Of a stretch of DNA of 64,000 nt, positions 12,101-25,000 are shown one piece after another. A model generated the notes under the pieces. The model searched no databases, was not told the DNA's origin, and saw nothing but the letters and a program-made list of their open reading frames with translations. Each line of letters starts with the position of its first letter. Within the stretch, counting starts at the first letter, position 1. A program made the translations under genes and the position numbers. Origin of the DNA: Zygnema circumcarinatum SAG 698-1b (taxonomy: Eukaryota > Plantae > Zygnematophyceae); NCBI GenBank assembly GCA_037447605.1, contig CM074805.1, positions 620,001-684,000 of the forward strand, given 5' to 3'.

Positions 12101-14336
12101 CTTGTCAATGGAGCGTGCCAAGCTGGCTGGTTAGCTCAGAAAACTTCTTCTCTACGGTCCTTGTCTTGAGCTGAGAAGCCGAACGGTCAATCCAGTTTCT
12201 GCAGAGGGCTGGCAGGCGGCCACCCGTTTGTTCATTGGTCGTTGGGAGGTCTTTGCTGGGATGTGGGTGAGAGGGAACATGATTGGCATCTCTCACTTGT
12301 TGTTGAATGCTGACTTTTGGGAGAGGTGCAATTCACAGGCTTGGGCAAGAGTGGAGGCAGAGCAAGACGAAGTGGCGATAGCAAGAAGATTGTTCCAGGC
12401 AATTCCTTTATCTCAGTCTACCAACCCTCCTATCTTTCCTTTTAAAACACAAGTACTTTTTTTTGGGCGATCTTGTTTCTCATTGTTTCATCCTTCATCA
12501 CGTTCCCAAAGTGTGTCAATGTTTTTATTTTTCCTTCAGTGGGATCCGCGGTTTGACTCCTTTATTTCTATTTAGAGCTCAGTCTTGGCAATAGTGATGG
12601 GTTGGATGGCACAGCGAGCACTTGAATCGAGCCCAAAAAATCGCTATGTCTACCAATCGTGGGCTCGTTTTGAGTTGGAGCAAGGTAGAGAGGGTGTTGC
12701 TCGCAAGCTGCTGCGAATTGGACGTCAGTTCAATCCAAGAGATACCGGTCTGCTGCTGGTGAGGATAAAATCCCGTTTTGAATATGCAGAAGATGCAGGG
12801 CAGAGGTCAAAGGTGGTAGTTGAGAATAATGTGTACTATTTTCTCATTTTGAAGTGCATGTCTGTTTTGTCCGTGAGAGTGTAGGAATCCGCTTTGTTAG
12901 CGTATGAAAGCGGTTTTCCGGGAACTGCCCGCGATATATTTCGAGAAGGCACTGTTATTGCGCCCAAGTTTGGACCCATATGGCGGGTGTGTGTTCTTTC
13001 TTCCTCTCCGTTCATCCTCAAGAGATACAAATCTTCTGTCTCTGCAATTTGCGTTTTGCCAACAATTGCCTTCCTTCCTCCCTGCATCATTTTTTATTCA
13101 TGTTCAACTGTCTATTCTTGTATGTTCTGTGCATTCACGAGGCTGAGCTGAGATTTGCACGAAGGGTTTGTGGTTCGGTAGGGAACTAACATGTGCTGCA
13201 CTGCAGGCTTGGGGTTGGATGGAATGGAGAGAAGGAAGGCTCGATGCTGCTAGAAAGCTCTATGAGAGAGCTGCGAAAGTGGAACCGAGTAGTCCGCGCG
13301 CATATCAGGTGTGAGACAGGTCTTGGTTGTGGGAGAAAGTAGTAATTGCTCTTGTTGAGTCGATCCCATTGAGCTTGTTTATTAATTTATTCTCACAGGA
13401 GTCGCTTGAGTCGAAGAATTTGGCTTTGGCTGTATCGGTGGTGCTAAGCCGTCAATGAACTTCATCTTCATCCTTCTATCCATTGACTATCTGCTGATGA
13501 GAAGTGCATCATTTTGATGACTGGTGGGGGCAACAGGCACGGGGAGTCTTGGAAGATAGAGCAGGAAACACTGCATTCGCCCGAAAGTTCTTCAAGGAAG
13601 CTCTCAAGGTGGACCCCACAAATGTGCCAACTTGGTTTTCTTGGGCGGACATGGAAGAGCGTCTGGGAAACTCTGTTCGAGCAGAGGAGCTTCGCAGTCT
13701 TTGCCAGCAGCAGGTAAGCAGTTATGGACCCTTTCTGGTCTTTGTCTGTCTGAGCCTGGTATAGTTATATGCAACTACACTACAGCCATGCTGTAGAATG
13801 CTGGCGTGTGTTCGAGTAAGAGTATAAGACTACAATAATGTTGTAGAAGACTTGCATTATATAATCTATGGGTGATGATTGGGTTGGTTGGTTTGCTGCA
13901 GAGAACTGAGGTGGTGGATAACAGTTGGGAGTTTTCGGATATATTGGCGCCGGCCATTGACAGGGTACGATCTTTCTTTAGTTTTGACAGCAGTCCGCCG
14001 GCCAGAGTTTCATCTGATAGTGAGTCTGGGGACCGGCTGGCTGAGGAAGTGGAAGCGGAAGAGGAAGATACTGTGGATATAGACAAGTTCTTGGTGGAGA
14101 AAATAGAACCATATTTGAATAGGTCGGCTGATGTATCTTCTACATGGAAGAGGACCGTCTCTCCCGATGATCTGCAGAAGGTGAGAGAGAAGTCGAAGCG
14201 GTTCAACAAGCGGCTGAGGAACTATGACAGGCTGGAAAGGCGGGTGGAGGGCGATGAAGAGAAGGTTTCTTCAAGGGTCCAAATGGAGAAGGCACTTGAA
14301 ACGAGTAGAGATAGTGAGGACGAGAATATCGGCTGA
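9112..14336 (+). CDS. HCF107: HCF107/Mbb1 HAT-repeat chloroplast psbB-psbH RNA maturation factor, multi-exon
   Basis: Spliced peptides FDLALYRARKLLRKGRF, CIRLWPADGRGYVALGK, AWAVLEERLGNIARARKLFDAATAADKRHVAGWHGWA, RALESSPKNRY, AWGWMEWREG and RTEVVDNSW match the Arabidopsis HCF107 repeat series. Exon phases are consistent. Stop TGA 14334-14336. Confidence 0.93.
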
Positions 14337-14999
14337 GATCAGTTAATGTCATGTTGTATATCTGTTATTTTCTTTTTATATTTTCAAACATGGCAGCTTG
14401 TCTAATTATCGTCTAACCAAACCATGTCGTAATTACGGGTTTTTTCAAAATCAGCTTAAGGGACAGCCCCCTGTCTTAAGCTGAAATCCCTTATTTGAAG
14501 AGGCCTGAACATGGCATGGCATTGTCACATGGCCATGGCCATGGCCATGGGAGGGGCAGGCCCATGCTGCGACATCGCTTCGACGGTGTTCGCCAGCCAA
14601 TTCAATGTTCGGAAGCGTGGGCAACACTTGGCTGCCTCCGACGCTTGATGCTTCTCGCTCGATTGCTGCCAACTATTGCCAATGGTTGGATTAAAAAAAA
14701 AAGACAAACCGGAAACAAAGATTGGCGTGACGATCAGGTGGTATCCCGTCCCATCAACAGACGTGTGCTGCCTGGACGATTACAGCGCAGCGTCAATGCT
14801 GTGCGTGTGGTCTGGTGTGGGCGGTGCGTGCATAGCTCGAGGCACTGGCCGCGCGCGCCTGCCTGCCTACCTGTGGTCGCCTTGCGATGTGTGGCAGTGG
14901 TAGGCCTGGCAGTGGTGGGACCGCGTGCGTGCGTGCGTGCGGGAGTGCGGGAGTGCTCGTCGGCCAGATGCGAAGCAAAGCAGAGCTGCTCGCTTGGCC

Positions 15000-15140
15000 G
15001 GTCTGCCAGTGGGGACTCGCGTGACGCCACGAGACGACACGTGACGCAACGTGATGACGCCGCGCGACACGTGTGCCTCCACATGACTACACATACCGAC
15101 ACGTGACGACACGTAACATCGAGTGACGCTATGTGACGCT
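15000..15140 (+). promoter_or_regulatory. GC-rich promoter with clustered G-box/ABRE-like GACACGTG motifs upstream of the DnaJ-type zinc-finger gene
   Basis: Several GACACGTG/GACACGTA/CAACGTG motifs within about 200 bp upstream of the ATG at 15201. Confidence 0.4.
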
Positions 15141-15200
15141 CCCGCCCCGCCTGCGCACGCACAACGGCTGCGCGGAGGGAGGGAAGGGAGCGCAGGCGCC

Positions 15201-16444
15201 ATGGCGCCGCTCGCCTGCGTCCACGTGGCACCGCTCGCCCGCGTCCACGTGGCACTTCTCCCCGCGCGGCTGGCGCTACTGCCCGCCCCACGCCGCGCTC
15301 GGCCCGCCGCCGCACGTGTGGCGGTGCACGCTGCAGGCGGCAGCGCAGAGAGGGTGAGCCCCGCCCCGCCCCGCCCACCTTGCGGCCTCTGTGGAACCCT
15401 AAGCTTGGGCTGGCCCTTGGGAGAAATGCTACCATGCTGGAACCCGTTATCAAACCCTAACCATCCTAGAAAACCGTATATCATGTTAGAGCGCGGAAAA
15501 AACTTGCAGCAACCCCTAGGAAAGCAGGCTTTTCCCTTGTTGGACCCATTTGTTCCACTGTTGATAGTTCAGTTACGTCTATTTCTGTTGAGGATCTCGC
15601 GGGAAGGCGAAGGAATCAGAAGAACCAGAAAAATGTATAAGCAAGAATGACTGAATGTGATTGTAAGATGGACGAGTAGTCGGATGAGACGTGTTTTAGA
15701 AAAGATGCCATACCCCTTAAACCTGTGATCTTGAGCTAATTCAGAAAATTGGCCCCTCCTGTACGAGGCTAGTCTAGCTCAGCCTACTCGCCGATGCGTA
15801 GGTCCTTTGCAGGCCTAATGACTCCTACGAAAAGTGCGCAATGCGGTGCCACTGCAGGTCTCCTCCTTTGAGGAGACCATCCCTTGCGAGGGCTGCGGAG
15901 GGAGGGGATGGCTGGTGTGCGATTTCTGCAACGGAGAAAAAGTGAACGTGAAGAACCCGACAAGAAGCAATAAATTCTATCGTCGCTGCCCAAACTGTCG
16001 AGCAGTGAGTTCTTTCCCGTCATTTTCATTGTTTACTCTCCACAATAGCTTTAAAGTGCCCTTCTTCAATCCCTCTCTCTCTAACCCTCTCCAACCTCTC
16101 TCCTCCCTCTTTCTCGTCTCCTCTTCCAATCAAATTCGATTCACTTCCCTTTTGTTGTTCTGCCTCTTCCCGGTTCGCTTTCCTAGTCTGCCTCCTCCTC
16201 TTCGGTTCCCCGACAGCACATTGTCAGGCCAAGCTCCAAATCAGCCGTCAGACCAATGCTACCAGTGGCGCTGTTTAAATATTGAACGGCCAAAGGTTAA
16301 GCTAGTGAAGTTTTATTGCTAGCTGTTGCTGTGACCACTGCTTATTTTTTTACTCAACTCTTGCAGGTAGGCGTCATGCTATGTGAGAGCTGCCGTGTCT
16401 TCAAATGCCTCACATTTGCGGATGCCATCGAGGATGTCCAATGA
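15201..16444 (+). CDS. Plastid-targeted DnaJ-type cysteine-rich zinc-finger protein (no J domain), 3 exons, about 126 aa
   Basis: Exon 1 15201-15353 is an Ala/Arg-rich transit-peptide-like sequence. Exon 2 from 15858 reads CEGCGGRGWLVCDFCNG...RRCPNCRA. Exon 3 16367-16444 reads VGVMLCESCRVFKC. All junctions are phase 0 and GT-AG. Confidence 0.85.
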
Positions 16445-17681
16445 TGTATCTGTTCTTGCAAGGGGCAATGTTCCCAACAAAGCAGCACCATAGGACTCAC
16501 CGGGTCCCTCGCCGATATTCAAAATTGACAATATTAAGAATTTGTCATTCTTCCTTGCCTTCTCGTCATACCAATTGGAGAAGTCCCAGTTTGAACTACA
16601 CGCATGTTTCAAATAACCTTTAGCAGATGAGCCCGTTGTACATTCCTTTTGATAATGAAACGTTGTGATCGGCGACAAGCAAGAAATTTGATCGGCCCTT
16701 ACTGGAGGAGTCGAGGACTTCAGCTCAAGCGCGTCCATGTCAGCGCTGTTGGGCGCCATTGACAATGCTACATGCTGCTTTGGTCTATGGCGGTCGGGTG
16801 TGCAGCAGTGTGTATCTGCTCCGTTAGTCTCGGCTCCGAGGATAGAGAGGCATATTTGGGGACTTGCATTTCATGAGGTACAGTGCACGTAAGAGGGCAA
16901 AACTGAAGGAATGAGAGGTTGGAACCAAATCAATCTCTGCCTGGCATTTGGCAATAGTTGTACTGCACTACAGACATTACCATCCAATGCATTCAGACTG
17001 AGCCACTACTGTAAACGCCTATTATTGATTGGCCTGCTGCAAGGACTGCCAATACGCCTTATTCGACTGCTCAAAGTGTCACTTGATTATTGCAATGCCC
17101 TCGCAGGAGTGTCGACTGAGGTCTTTGGCGACCAGTTCCTCATGGTTTCCCATGATGATTTTGTCCATGTACTTTTGATGGCATCGCCATAGTGAGATCA
17201 ATGCCCCCCTCCCTCTCCTGTTTTTTCTACTTTCCCCTTATGTTTATCATGAATCGCTCCATTTGAAACGTGCACAATTGCTCGTTGCAAATTGTAAACA
17301 ACACGTCCCCACCCCGCCCCTTCTCACACCGATGTTATCACGGTCTTAATAGTAAAGAGACCTTTAGCACTCTTGTCACTTGAGAGCTATTCAGGAGTTA
17401 CATGCCGTTCGAAGAACATCAGCCTAATCTCCGGCAAAGAAGAGCAGGATGCATCGCAGTATACTGAGCGAAATATGCAACTTTGCGGCGCTGTCAGCAA
17501 AATTTCGAATGGCTCAACTTTATTCGACTTCCCCGAAATTGGCGACTGCCTCTTCCAGCGGATGCGGCCTCACCTGATAGATTGTGGAACCGAGAGGGCG
17601 ACCAGAGCCCCTTCCCGAGCTCTGCCCTGATATCGCTCCCCACCCCTATGCAGCCATTCAGCCCCTCCTGCCTGCAACAGC

Positions 17682-18058
17682 TAAGGATGGATTAGTTACG
17701 ACTATATAATATATATTATATTATACAACTGTGACGACTAGATAACGGCTGATATATATTAATTTACAACGCCTTTACAGCATGTACGGCCGTACGACTG
17801 TACGGTATTATGCGGCCCGAGCACGAGCAGACAGAGAAAACCAGACGAACGCATTTCGCAACGCCAACGCCAAAACGACCTAATTTTGGTATGGTACGAC
17901 CGTACGACCGTACGAGTACGGTCGTACGGTCGTTAATTGTTCAAAACGAGTGGGTATAATATATGTAATAAAGTGTTTTACTTTGTAATATATTACTAAT
18001 TTTAAACCCGTTGTAAAGTATATAATATATTCGGAATTTATAACGCGGGCCATCCCTA
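17682..18058. mobile_element. hAT-superfamily MITE (family A), intact 377-bp copy
   Basis: Ac-like termini TAAGGATGG...CCATCCCTA. Perfect 8-bp TSD GCAACAGC at 17674-17681 and 18059-18066. Repeated CGTACG/GTACGAC subterminal motifs. Homologous split copy at 49258-59513. Confidence 0.9.
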
Positions 18059-18136
18059 GCAACAGCACGCCGCGCTGAGCTTCCACGAATGCGCAAGTTT
18101 TAGGCGCTTTCGTACAGTCGGCAACGTACGGTCGTC

Positions 18137-18721
18137 GGAGAATGCTACTGCACCCCCTATTTTGGTTATCCCACCCCCTATCTGAAAATTTTGCCGGCCC
18201 ATTTTGGTTATTCCATCCCCCCCCCCCCCTGTTTTGCATATTTCAACCCCCTTATTTTGGATATCCCCCCCCCTGTGTTGGATATTTCGGGAGGGAATCT
18301 TTTGCCCTCCCCTCCCGTCCCCCTCCCCTCCCCTCCCTTGCCCTGCCCTCCCTTGCCCTCCCCTCCTCTTCTCGGTTTGCAATGTCCATAGAAATGCTAC
18401 CAAATGATTATGAGACCCGCAATGAGCTTGTACAAGTCGTGACCGAGCACTACAAGCACAAAGGAGTTCACATCAAGATCGGCAGGCATAGCGACAAAAA
18501 ACAACAACATCTTGAGATCAATGCAAATCGCCTTTTCTTTTGTTGCACAATATTGGAAGTCAGTAGTGAAAAGGAAAAAACAGGGCTGTGGGATATCCAA
18601 AATAGGGGGTGAAATATCCAAAACATGGGGGGGGGGGGGTTGGGATAACCAAAATGGGCAGGCATTTTTTTCAATAAAGGGGGTGTAATAACCAAAAGCG
18701 GGGGGTGCAGTAGCATTCTCC
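18137..18721. mobile_element. Non-autonomous Mutator-like element with long imperfect TIRs and a possible transposase N-terminal remnant
   Basis: Termini GGAGAATGCTACTGCACCCCC...GGGGGTGCAGTAGCATTCTCC with inverted TTTTGG(T/A)TATCC/GGATAACCAAAA subrepeats. The flanks share only GTCGT, so the TSD is degraded. Internal peptide LPNDYETRNELVQVVTEHYKHKGVHIKIGRHSDKK. Confidence 0.65.
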
Positions 18722-19073
18722 TTTGTCGTAAACTCGTAATACAGTCCCATACAGTACTGTGAACGGGCATCAACCAGCCAGCTGTACGGCACATAGAAGC
18801 CCTTGTTTCCCGTTGAACGACAGTTTCACGAGGTTCCATGTGAGGTCCCGCAACTTCCAGCATCTTGCTTGCCACCGCCAATTTTTGGCTCGGCCTTTTG
18901 ACTCGTTTCCCTCCGTTCAGTGCAAGACGAGATAGAGGAGGGAAACCAGTCGTAGAATTCATTTGTATAAATTCACCTCGCAGTTCAAATAGTTTTAAGA
19001 AATTCTGAAACCTTTCAAAGGATTGCGCTGAAGTATATCATTTGGAGCTGTCGAGCGGGAGAGTGGTGGAGTC

Positions 19074-22000
19074 ATGGGGACGGAGGATGCAGCCTTGGTC
19101 TATCAGAACATCCTTCTTGGTGGACGAGGAGGCATGGTAAGTTTCTGCGTATCTTTATTCTCTGCATCAGCTCGTAGGCGATGCACATGTGGTCTTCACT
19201 TCCTAGTTTTTGGTTTTCTTACTCCGCCTCCAGGAATTTTACCACTAGGACTCCGGATTCCATTTAAATTTTCTCCTTTGTAACTTATATAGTTGTTTCG
19301 TACGAGAATCAGACTGCAAGCTGGACGTTTCTGATGAATTGAGGGCTAGTGGGAGGGAAATCAGAATCCTGGGCAGCTTAAGGTGCATCCAGAAGGGTTC
19401 GTTTGGCGTAAGACTGGCGGAGGAAAAGTGGTAGAAGTAGCCAAGGATGACATTTCAAGCGTTATGTGGATGCGCGTGCCTAAGGGCTACCAGTTAGCTC
19501 TCCGCTTGAAGGCTGGGTCCCGAGTGAAGTTCAATGGATTCAGAGAGCAGGTGAGCCCTTGACTCTTCAAGTTGAATGAATGTTCACGCAGTGTTTATTG
19601 CAGTTGGGATAGCGTACGCTACTTGAATCACCTCCACTTTCCAGATGGTTTAGGAAGGAAGTAAATTATCCCCCACCCCTTCCCCCTTCCCCCCCCCCCC
19701 TTTTATTTAAAGAGAAGGTTTGGACAGGACCCTAGAATCAGGATGCTGGCAGGAGGAGGGTAAACTCGGGAGCATGTACCTTCTTTCAGTCCAAAAGTGG
19801 GAAACTTGCTTTGCTAGGGATTGAAGTACATTGGTTTGTTCACTTTAGAGCTGACACAAATTCCACTTGGAACAATTTTTAGCTCAGCTTGTGGAAGTAA
19901 TAGCTACGCTATTTGTTGATGATGTGTCCCAAAGGAGCGACAAACTTCTTTGCTTATCACGAAAGAAAGACCCCATCTAGTAATGCTCTATCCTCGTGGG
20001 CATCAATAATGTATTCTATGTGTGGCCAAACAATTTTGAATACGTATGGACATAGTTTTACATGGCTATAGATTACTTAGCCCTAGCGAACTCTCCACCG
20101 CATGCAAGATTAGATTTCGAATCTTTTCAGAAATGGTGGGTTTGCCGCGAGGTGTACAACTGTCGACGAAGAAAGACAGATTGCATCATTAGAGCTCGAT
20201 ACGTTCAAAAAGAAATGAATGGCGAAGGATTAGTTTGCCAAGGTCAGTTCAATTGAATTCAGTTCAATCTCATTCCTACTAAATTTGCCACTTTACTCAA
20301 CAAATGTCAAGGAACCTGGAAAGTAGTTGGCCTTGAGAAATAGAAAGGTAAGTATTTGTGACTGGGAGATGTCTAAATGCTATTAAGTGAGAAAAGAGTG
20401 TGACAGAGAGCGTGGATGGAGGAGAGGAGTGGGATGAAAGTGACAGGGTCGAGACAAGGCAGAAAGTGGGGGGGGGAGGAGGGTGGGAACCAAAATTGGG
20501 AAAGTTTTAGCAGAGGGGAAAGAGTGAAGAAGGTAGATGGCAGACTTTGTTTGGAAATCTATCTGAGTAATCACTCAACAAAGCGTGCCTGGTGAATGGG
20601 GACAACAGGATGTGCCAAATCTTAATCCTTTTATGACGTCCAACCTTGGACAAACGCCTAAGCAGAAAGAAATTGCAGTGAGCGGCCGCAACTGGGGAGA
20701 TGCTGAGGTGGAAGGTGATTAAAGCAGCTAAGACCTTATTATTGAGCTGAGTGGTATCTCTGTAAACTACTTGTTGATCTGCTGGATTTAAAGAAAGGGT
20801 TTCAGCATGAAGAAGCCAGGATTCGCTCATGTTTACGTGTAAGGACATTTCACAACAACATTCTCCATATGGTTGAACTTTCCTTATCATCTCGTCTAGA
20901 CGGTTGTTGCTGTATATGCTGAGTCTCCGTCTTGATCTGACCCTTCCTTTCTACTTTATTGCGAGGTTGCAGGCAGCATGCTGAGCTTCAATATTGGAGG
21001 CAAGCAGGCCTTTGAAGTGGCCATTGCAGACGTGTCGCAGACCCAAATGCAGGGAAAGAATGAAGTCATGCTTGAGCTACATGTGGATGACACAACTGGA
21101 GCCAATGAGGTGAGAAACTTGCTAAAGGTGGTAACAAAAACAAGGATTTGCTGAATTGGTCAAATGCAGTGTAACTGGAGGTCGTTGGCACAGTCAAAAG
21201 CTTACTGTTTTGAACCTTTTGGTTGTGAAAGGCTGAAGAGTTTTGATGACTGTTTAGTGCTACTTATGTTATTCGTTTGAAATCCATTTGGATATGGAAG
21301 GTGGAGTTGAGGTTGGAGAGATTAATAATGGTTGTGAAACTCGGTGGTTGGAGGACAGAAAGATACTTTGATGGAGCTTAGTTTCCACGTTCCAACGACA
21401 AATACTGCCTATTTGGGTGATGATGAAAAGCCGTCAGCGCAGGTATGATCGTTTGAACGGTTCAATCTAATTTCATCATTATCATCCTAACCAACACCAT
21501 TTTGTGCTCACTTGAATTATTGAATCTGTTGCCGTTGGCCTTTCTTTAATGCATAATTGCTGCATTGGCTCGTAGTGAAAGAGCTTTCCTTGGTGATGAA
21601 CAACATACGTTCTATCCTAATGATTTATCGTTTGTTTCGTTTCCCTTCTACATCGGTTCCCTATGCCTTCATTTAATTCGTCTCATTTGCTGTTCAGGTG
21701 TTTAAAGAGAAAATTCTCGCACGTGCGGATGTTGGGCCGTCTGGCGATGAATCCGTGGTTGACTTTGAGAGTGTTCACATCTTAACACCTCGGTAAGGAG
21801 CAATAGAACCCTCTTCTTGTGGGGAAGGAAAGAAGGGAATGGGGAAAAAGCTAGTGCAACAAACAACATAGGTCCTTCGTCGCCAGGAATGTGGGCGTGT
21901 TGTTCCTTCTGAAGAGAGAGAAAAGAGGGAGGCTATGAAGAGAGAGGCTCCCATGTGCTATATAGCTATATGTGTGCTATATATGTGCACAAACCATCCT

Positions 22001-25000
22001 TAAGGAGAACAAGAAAAGTCGTTCCCAACATTACTCAAGGTCATCAGGGGGGCATTAGGTTGCATGGCACCTGATTGGTTGTAATTGAGCCCAAAATTTC
22101 AATGGAGTTAATAGAATTTTCATGGGTGTCGGTTATTCTGGTCAGAGGGCGGTTCAAGGTGGAGCTGCACATCTCCTTCTTGCGGCTGCAGGGGCAGGCC
22201 ATGGACTTTAAGATTCAGTATGCAGCGGTAGTACGAGTTTTCGTGCTACCAAAGGTGGGTGGTTACGCTCATATGTTCGTGTATTAAGGTTTATGTTCAT
22301 ATCTTTAGCACTTGGTTTTTGGCTGCAGAATTTTCAGTTTTTTGTGGATTTCAGGTGGCAGATGGAGAGGGGTGAATTGCAAATGTTCGAGCTTTTAATA
22401 TAACTTCTGAGTTAATGGTGGCGTATTTGGAAAACAGGCTAATCAGCCCCACACGTTCGTGGTAGTCATGTTGGATCCGCCAATCAGAAAGGGACAAACC
22501 TTTTACCCCCACCTTGTACTGCAGGTGAGCTACAATCACGACTCTTTTAGTGAATTCTAGATCCTTTCTCTGTTCTCTGCCCTTTATTTCCGTCATCCAT
22601 CCCGTCCTTTTGGCCCTATCACTCCGTTCTCATCCTTTAACCCGACCTTTCTTTTTCCATATAGCTGAATTTTACGTGCTTTTCCCTTTATTATAATCTA
22701 TCTTCCCCTCGAAACTTGCATAGAAAACCTTGCTCTCTGTCTGCCTCCACTCTCTCGATCTCTCCCCCCTCTCTCCCCCCCGTGGCCAGTTTCCCCTTCC
22801 ATGCTGCAAAGTTATCTGGGTTGTCATGATCGTTAAAATGTCTTTTATTGGAAGAATTTCAATATCGATCTACTTCTTAGTTCCTGCTTGGAATCGACGA
22901 TAGGAATGTGCAAAGTGGCAACAATGTTACAGCTCAGCTAAATCCTATTTCGTTTTCGTTGTCACACTAGTTCTGCCGCTAGTTTGTTAGTCAGTCTAGT
23001 TAAGTGATCTTCAGACCATTTCCCCACATCTTTTCATCCCTCTGGATTGGAAAAGAGACTACTATTTTCTTGGTTAACCTGCTTCTATTTTGCGGTTGGG
23101 CTTTTTAAATGCTGATTGAAGCTTGGCAAACATATGGGCGTGGCAGTTTCCAAATGAAGATACGATGAACTGCCAGCTGGCAATGAGTGAAGAGCTTTTA
23201 GAGGGAAAGTACAAAGGGAGGCTTGAATCGTCCTATAAGGTGAATACCACTCTTTTCCTCGTCTTTTTCATATTTCCTTCTTACTGCCTTAAGAATTTTC
23301 AAGTTATCGAGCGGCGCAGTAGAAGGCATTTCATAAGCCCTGCAATCGACTTTGTTCAGTCCTATTTTATTTATTAGTATGGGCATAGTCCCCCTCTCAC
23401 ACATCATGACCAAAAAACCTTCACTTTTCACAAGGTCTCAAACAAACAACAAAAAATTCCGTCATCCATATACCCCTGTAAGCTAAATTCCGCTGAATGT
23501 ACTACTCTACTCCTTGAAACATCACACCTTACCTCCCGTTTCTTTCTTTCTTTCTTTCCTTCTTTCTTTCTTTCTTTCTTTCTTTCTCTTTCTTCAACTT
23601 CATTGCATCCCTGTCGATGCAAAACTTGGTTTCTACCCCCCCCCTCTTGTGCAGGGATTGGTATATGAAGCCTTTGTCCAGGTCCTGAAGGGTCTCTCCG
23701 GCGCGAAGGTGACCAAGCCGGGAGGGTTTCGCAGCAACACGGACGGGCGGGCGGTGAGGGCCTCGCTGAAGGCGGAGGAGGGCTACCTCTACCCGCTCGA
23801 AAAGAGCTTCTTCTTCCTGCCGAAGCCGCCCACTCTCATCACCCACGATGAGGTCTGTGTTCAGCACGCGTTCAAACATCACGTGTGGGAACATGCATTC
23901 AAACATCACATGTGGGAACATGCATTCGAACATCACATGTGGGAACATGCATTCGAACATCACATGGGGTCCTTTTTTTGCCATTTGTCTGAACGTAAAA
24001 GCATGGCTATTGTCTTAACTTCAGTTGTAATTTCTTGCTTTTGACTGGTGAGTGCAATCTGCATTCCTCACAATTTTGTGCAGGTCGAGCATGTGGAGTT
24101 TGAGAGACACGGAGCAGGCTCAAGCACAGTGAGCAGCTCCTACTTCGACCTTGTGATCCACCTCAAGTCCGACACAGAACATCAGTTCCGTAACATTCAA
24201 CGGAACGAGTATCACAACCTCTTCAACTTCTTCAGGTCTGCTCCCTTCCCAACCCCACCTCCCATTTGCTGCAGGTTTGATAGCCTCACTTATAGAACCA
24301 CCTACACGTGTGTGATGCCATAGAATTCAGGTTTTGAATCATGAAAATGGTTCTTTTTCTTCATTTGTTTATTTGTCTCCCTACCTTTGGGTTTTTGCAG
24401 CTCTAAAAAGCTTAAAATTTTGAATCTTGGAGAGTCCAAGGGAGTGGCTTCGGGCGGAGCAGTAGCAGCCGCTTTTCAGGATGTGGATGAAGGTCCGGGC
24501 TCTGATCCGTACTTGAATATAAAAACAGCGCGGGAGGGAGGGCCTGCCGGGGAAGAGAGCGACGAAGAGGTGAGCATTCTTATGCTACTTATATGAAGCA
24601 GTTGCGGACTTTCGTTACATCTCTAGTACAAAACTGGAGATAGAATCTGGAGTTTAAAATGAAAGTAAAGTTTGAATTGGATGCTTTATTGAAGGGTTTG
24701 TTAGGGGTGAGGTGGTGACGTTTGGCGATCTTTTCTAATACCGTGCATATTTGGCTTTCAGGATGAAGACTTTGTGGCAGAAAAGGATGATGAGGGGTCT
24801 CCCACTGATGATTCAGGGGGGGAAGGAGGGGAGGGCGAGGGAGACAGCGATTCGGAGGGGGGTGAAGATGAGGTAAATAGGCTTATTCTCATTCTCACTT
24901 AAAACAAGGGATACTACTTCGTCGCATGTACGGTGTTTTGGCGAGTCAAGAAGAGATGTATAAACAGCTGGAGTGTTGTTCACATGCCTGCCTATAGGTA

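Noticed and set aside
14495-15650. Several overlapping 150-240-aa ORFs on both strands
   Set aside because: GC-rich promoter sequence depleted of stop codons. Arg/Ala/Pro-biased translations with no domain. Only 15201-15353 fits a spliced gene model.
17373-18960. Possible older coding sequence interrupted by the hAT MITE and the MULE derivative (rejoined frame ...CLQQHAALSFHECASFRRF...)
   Set aside because: Rejoining gives only a short open stretch bounded by stops, with no recognisable domain. Not supportable without a database search.
23864-23968. 27-bp repeats as a CRISPR-like array
   Set aside because: The repeats are directly adjacent with no unique spacers, lie in a eukaryotic intron, and there are no cas genes.
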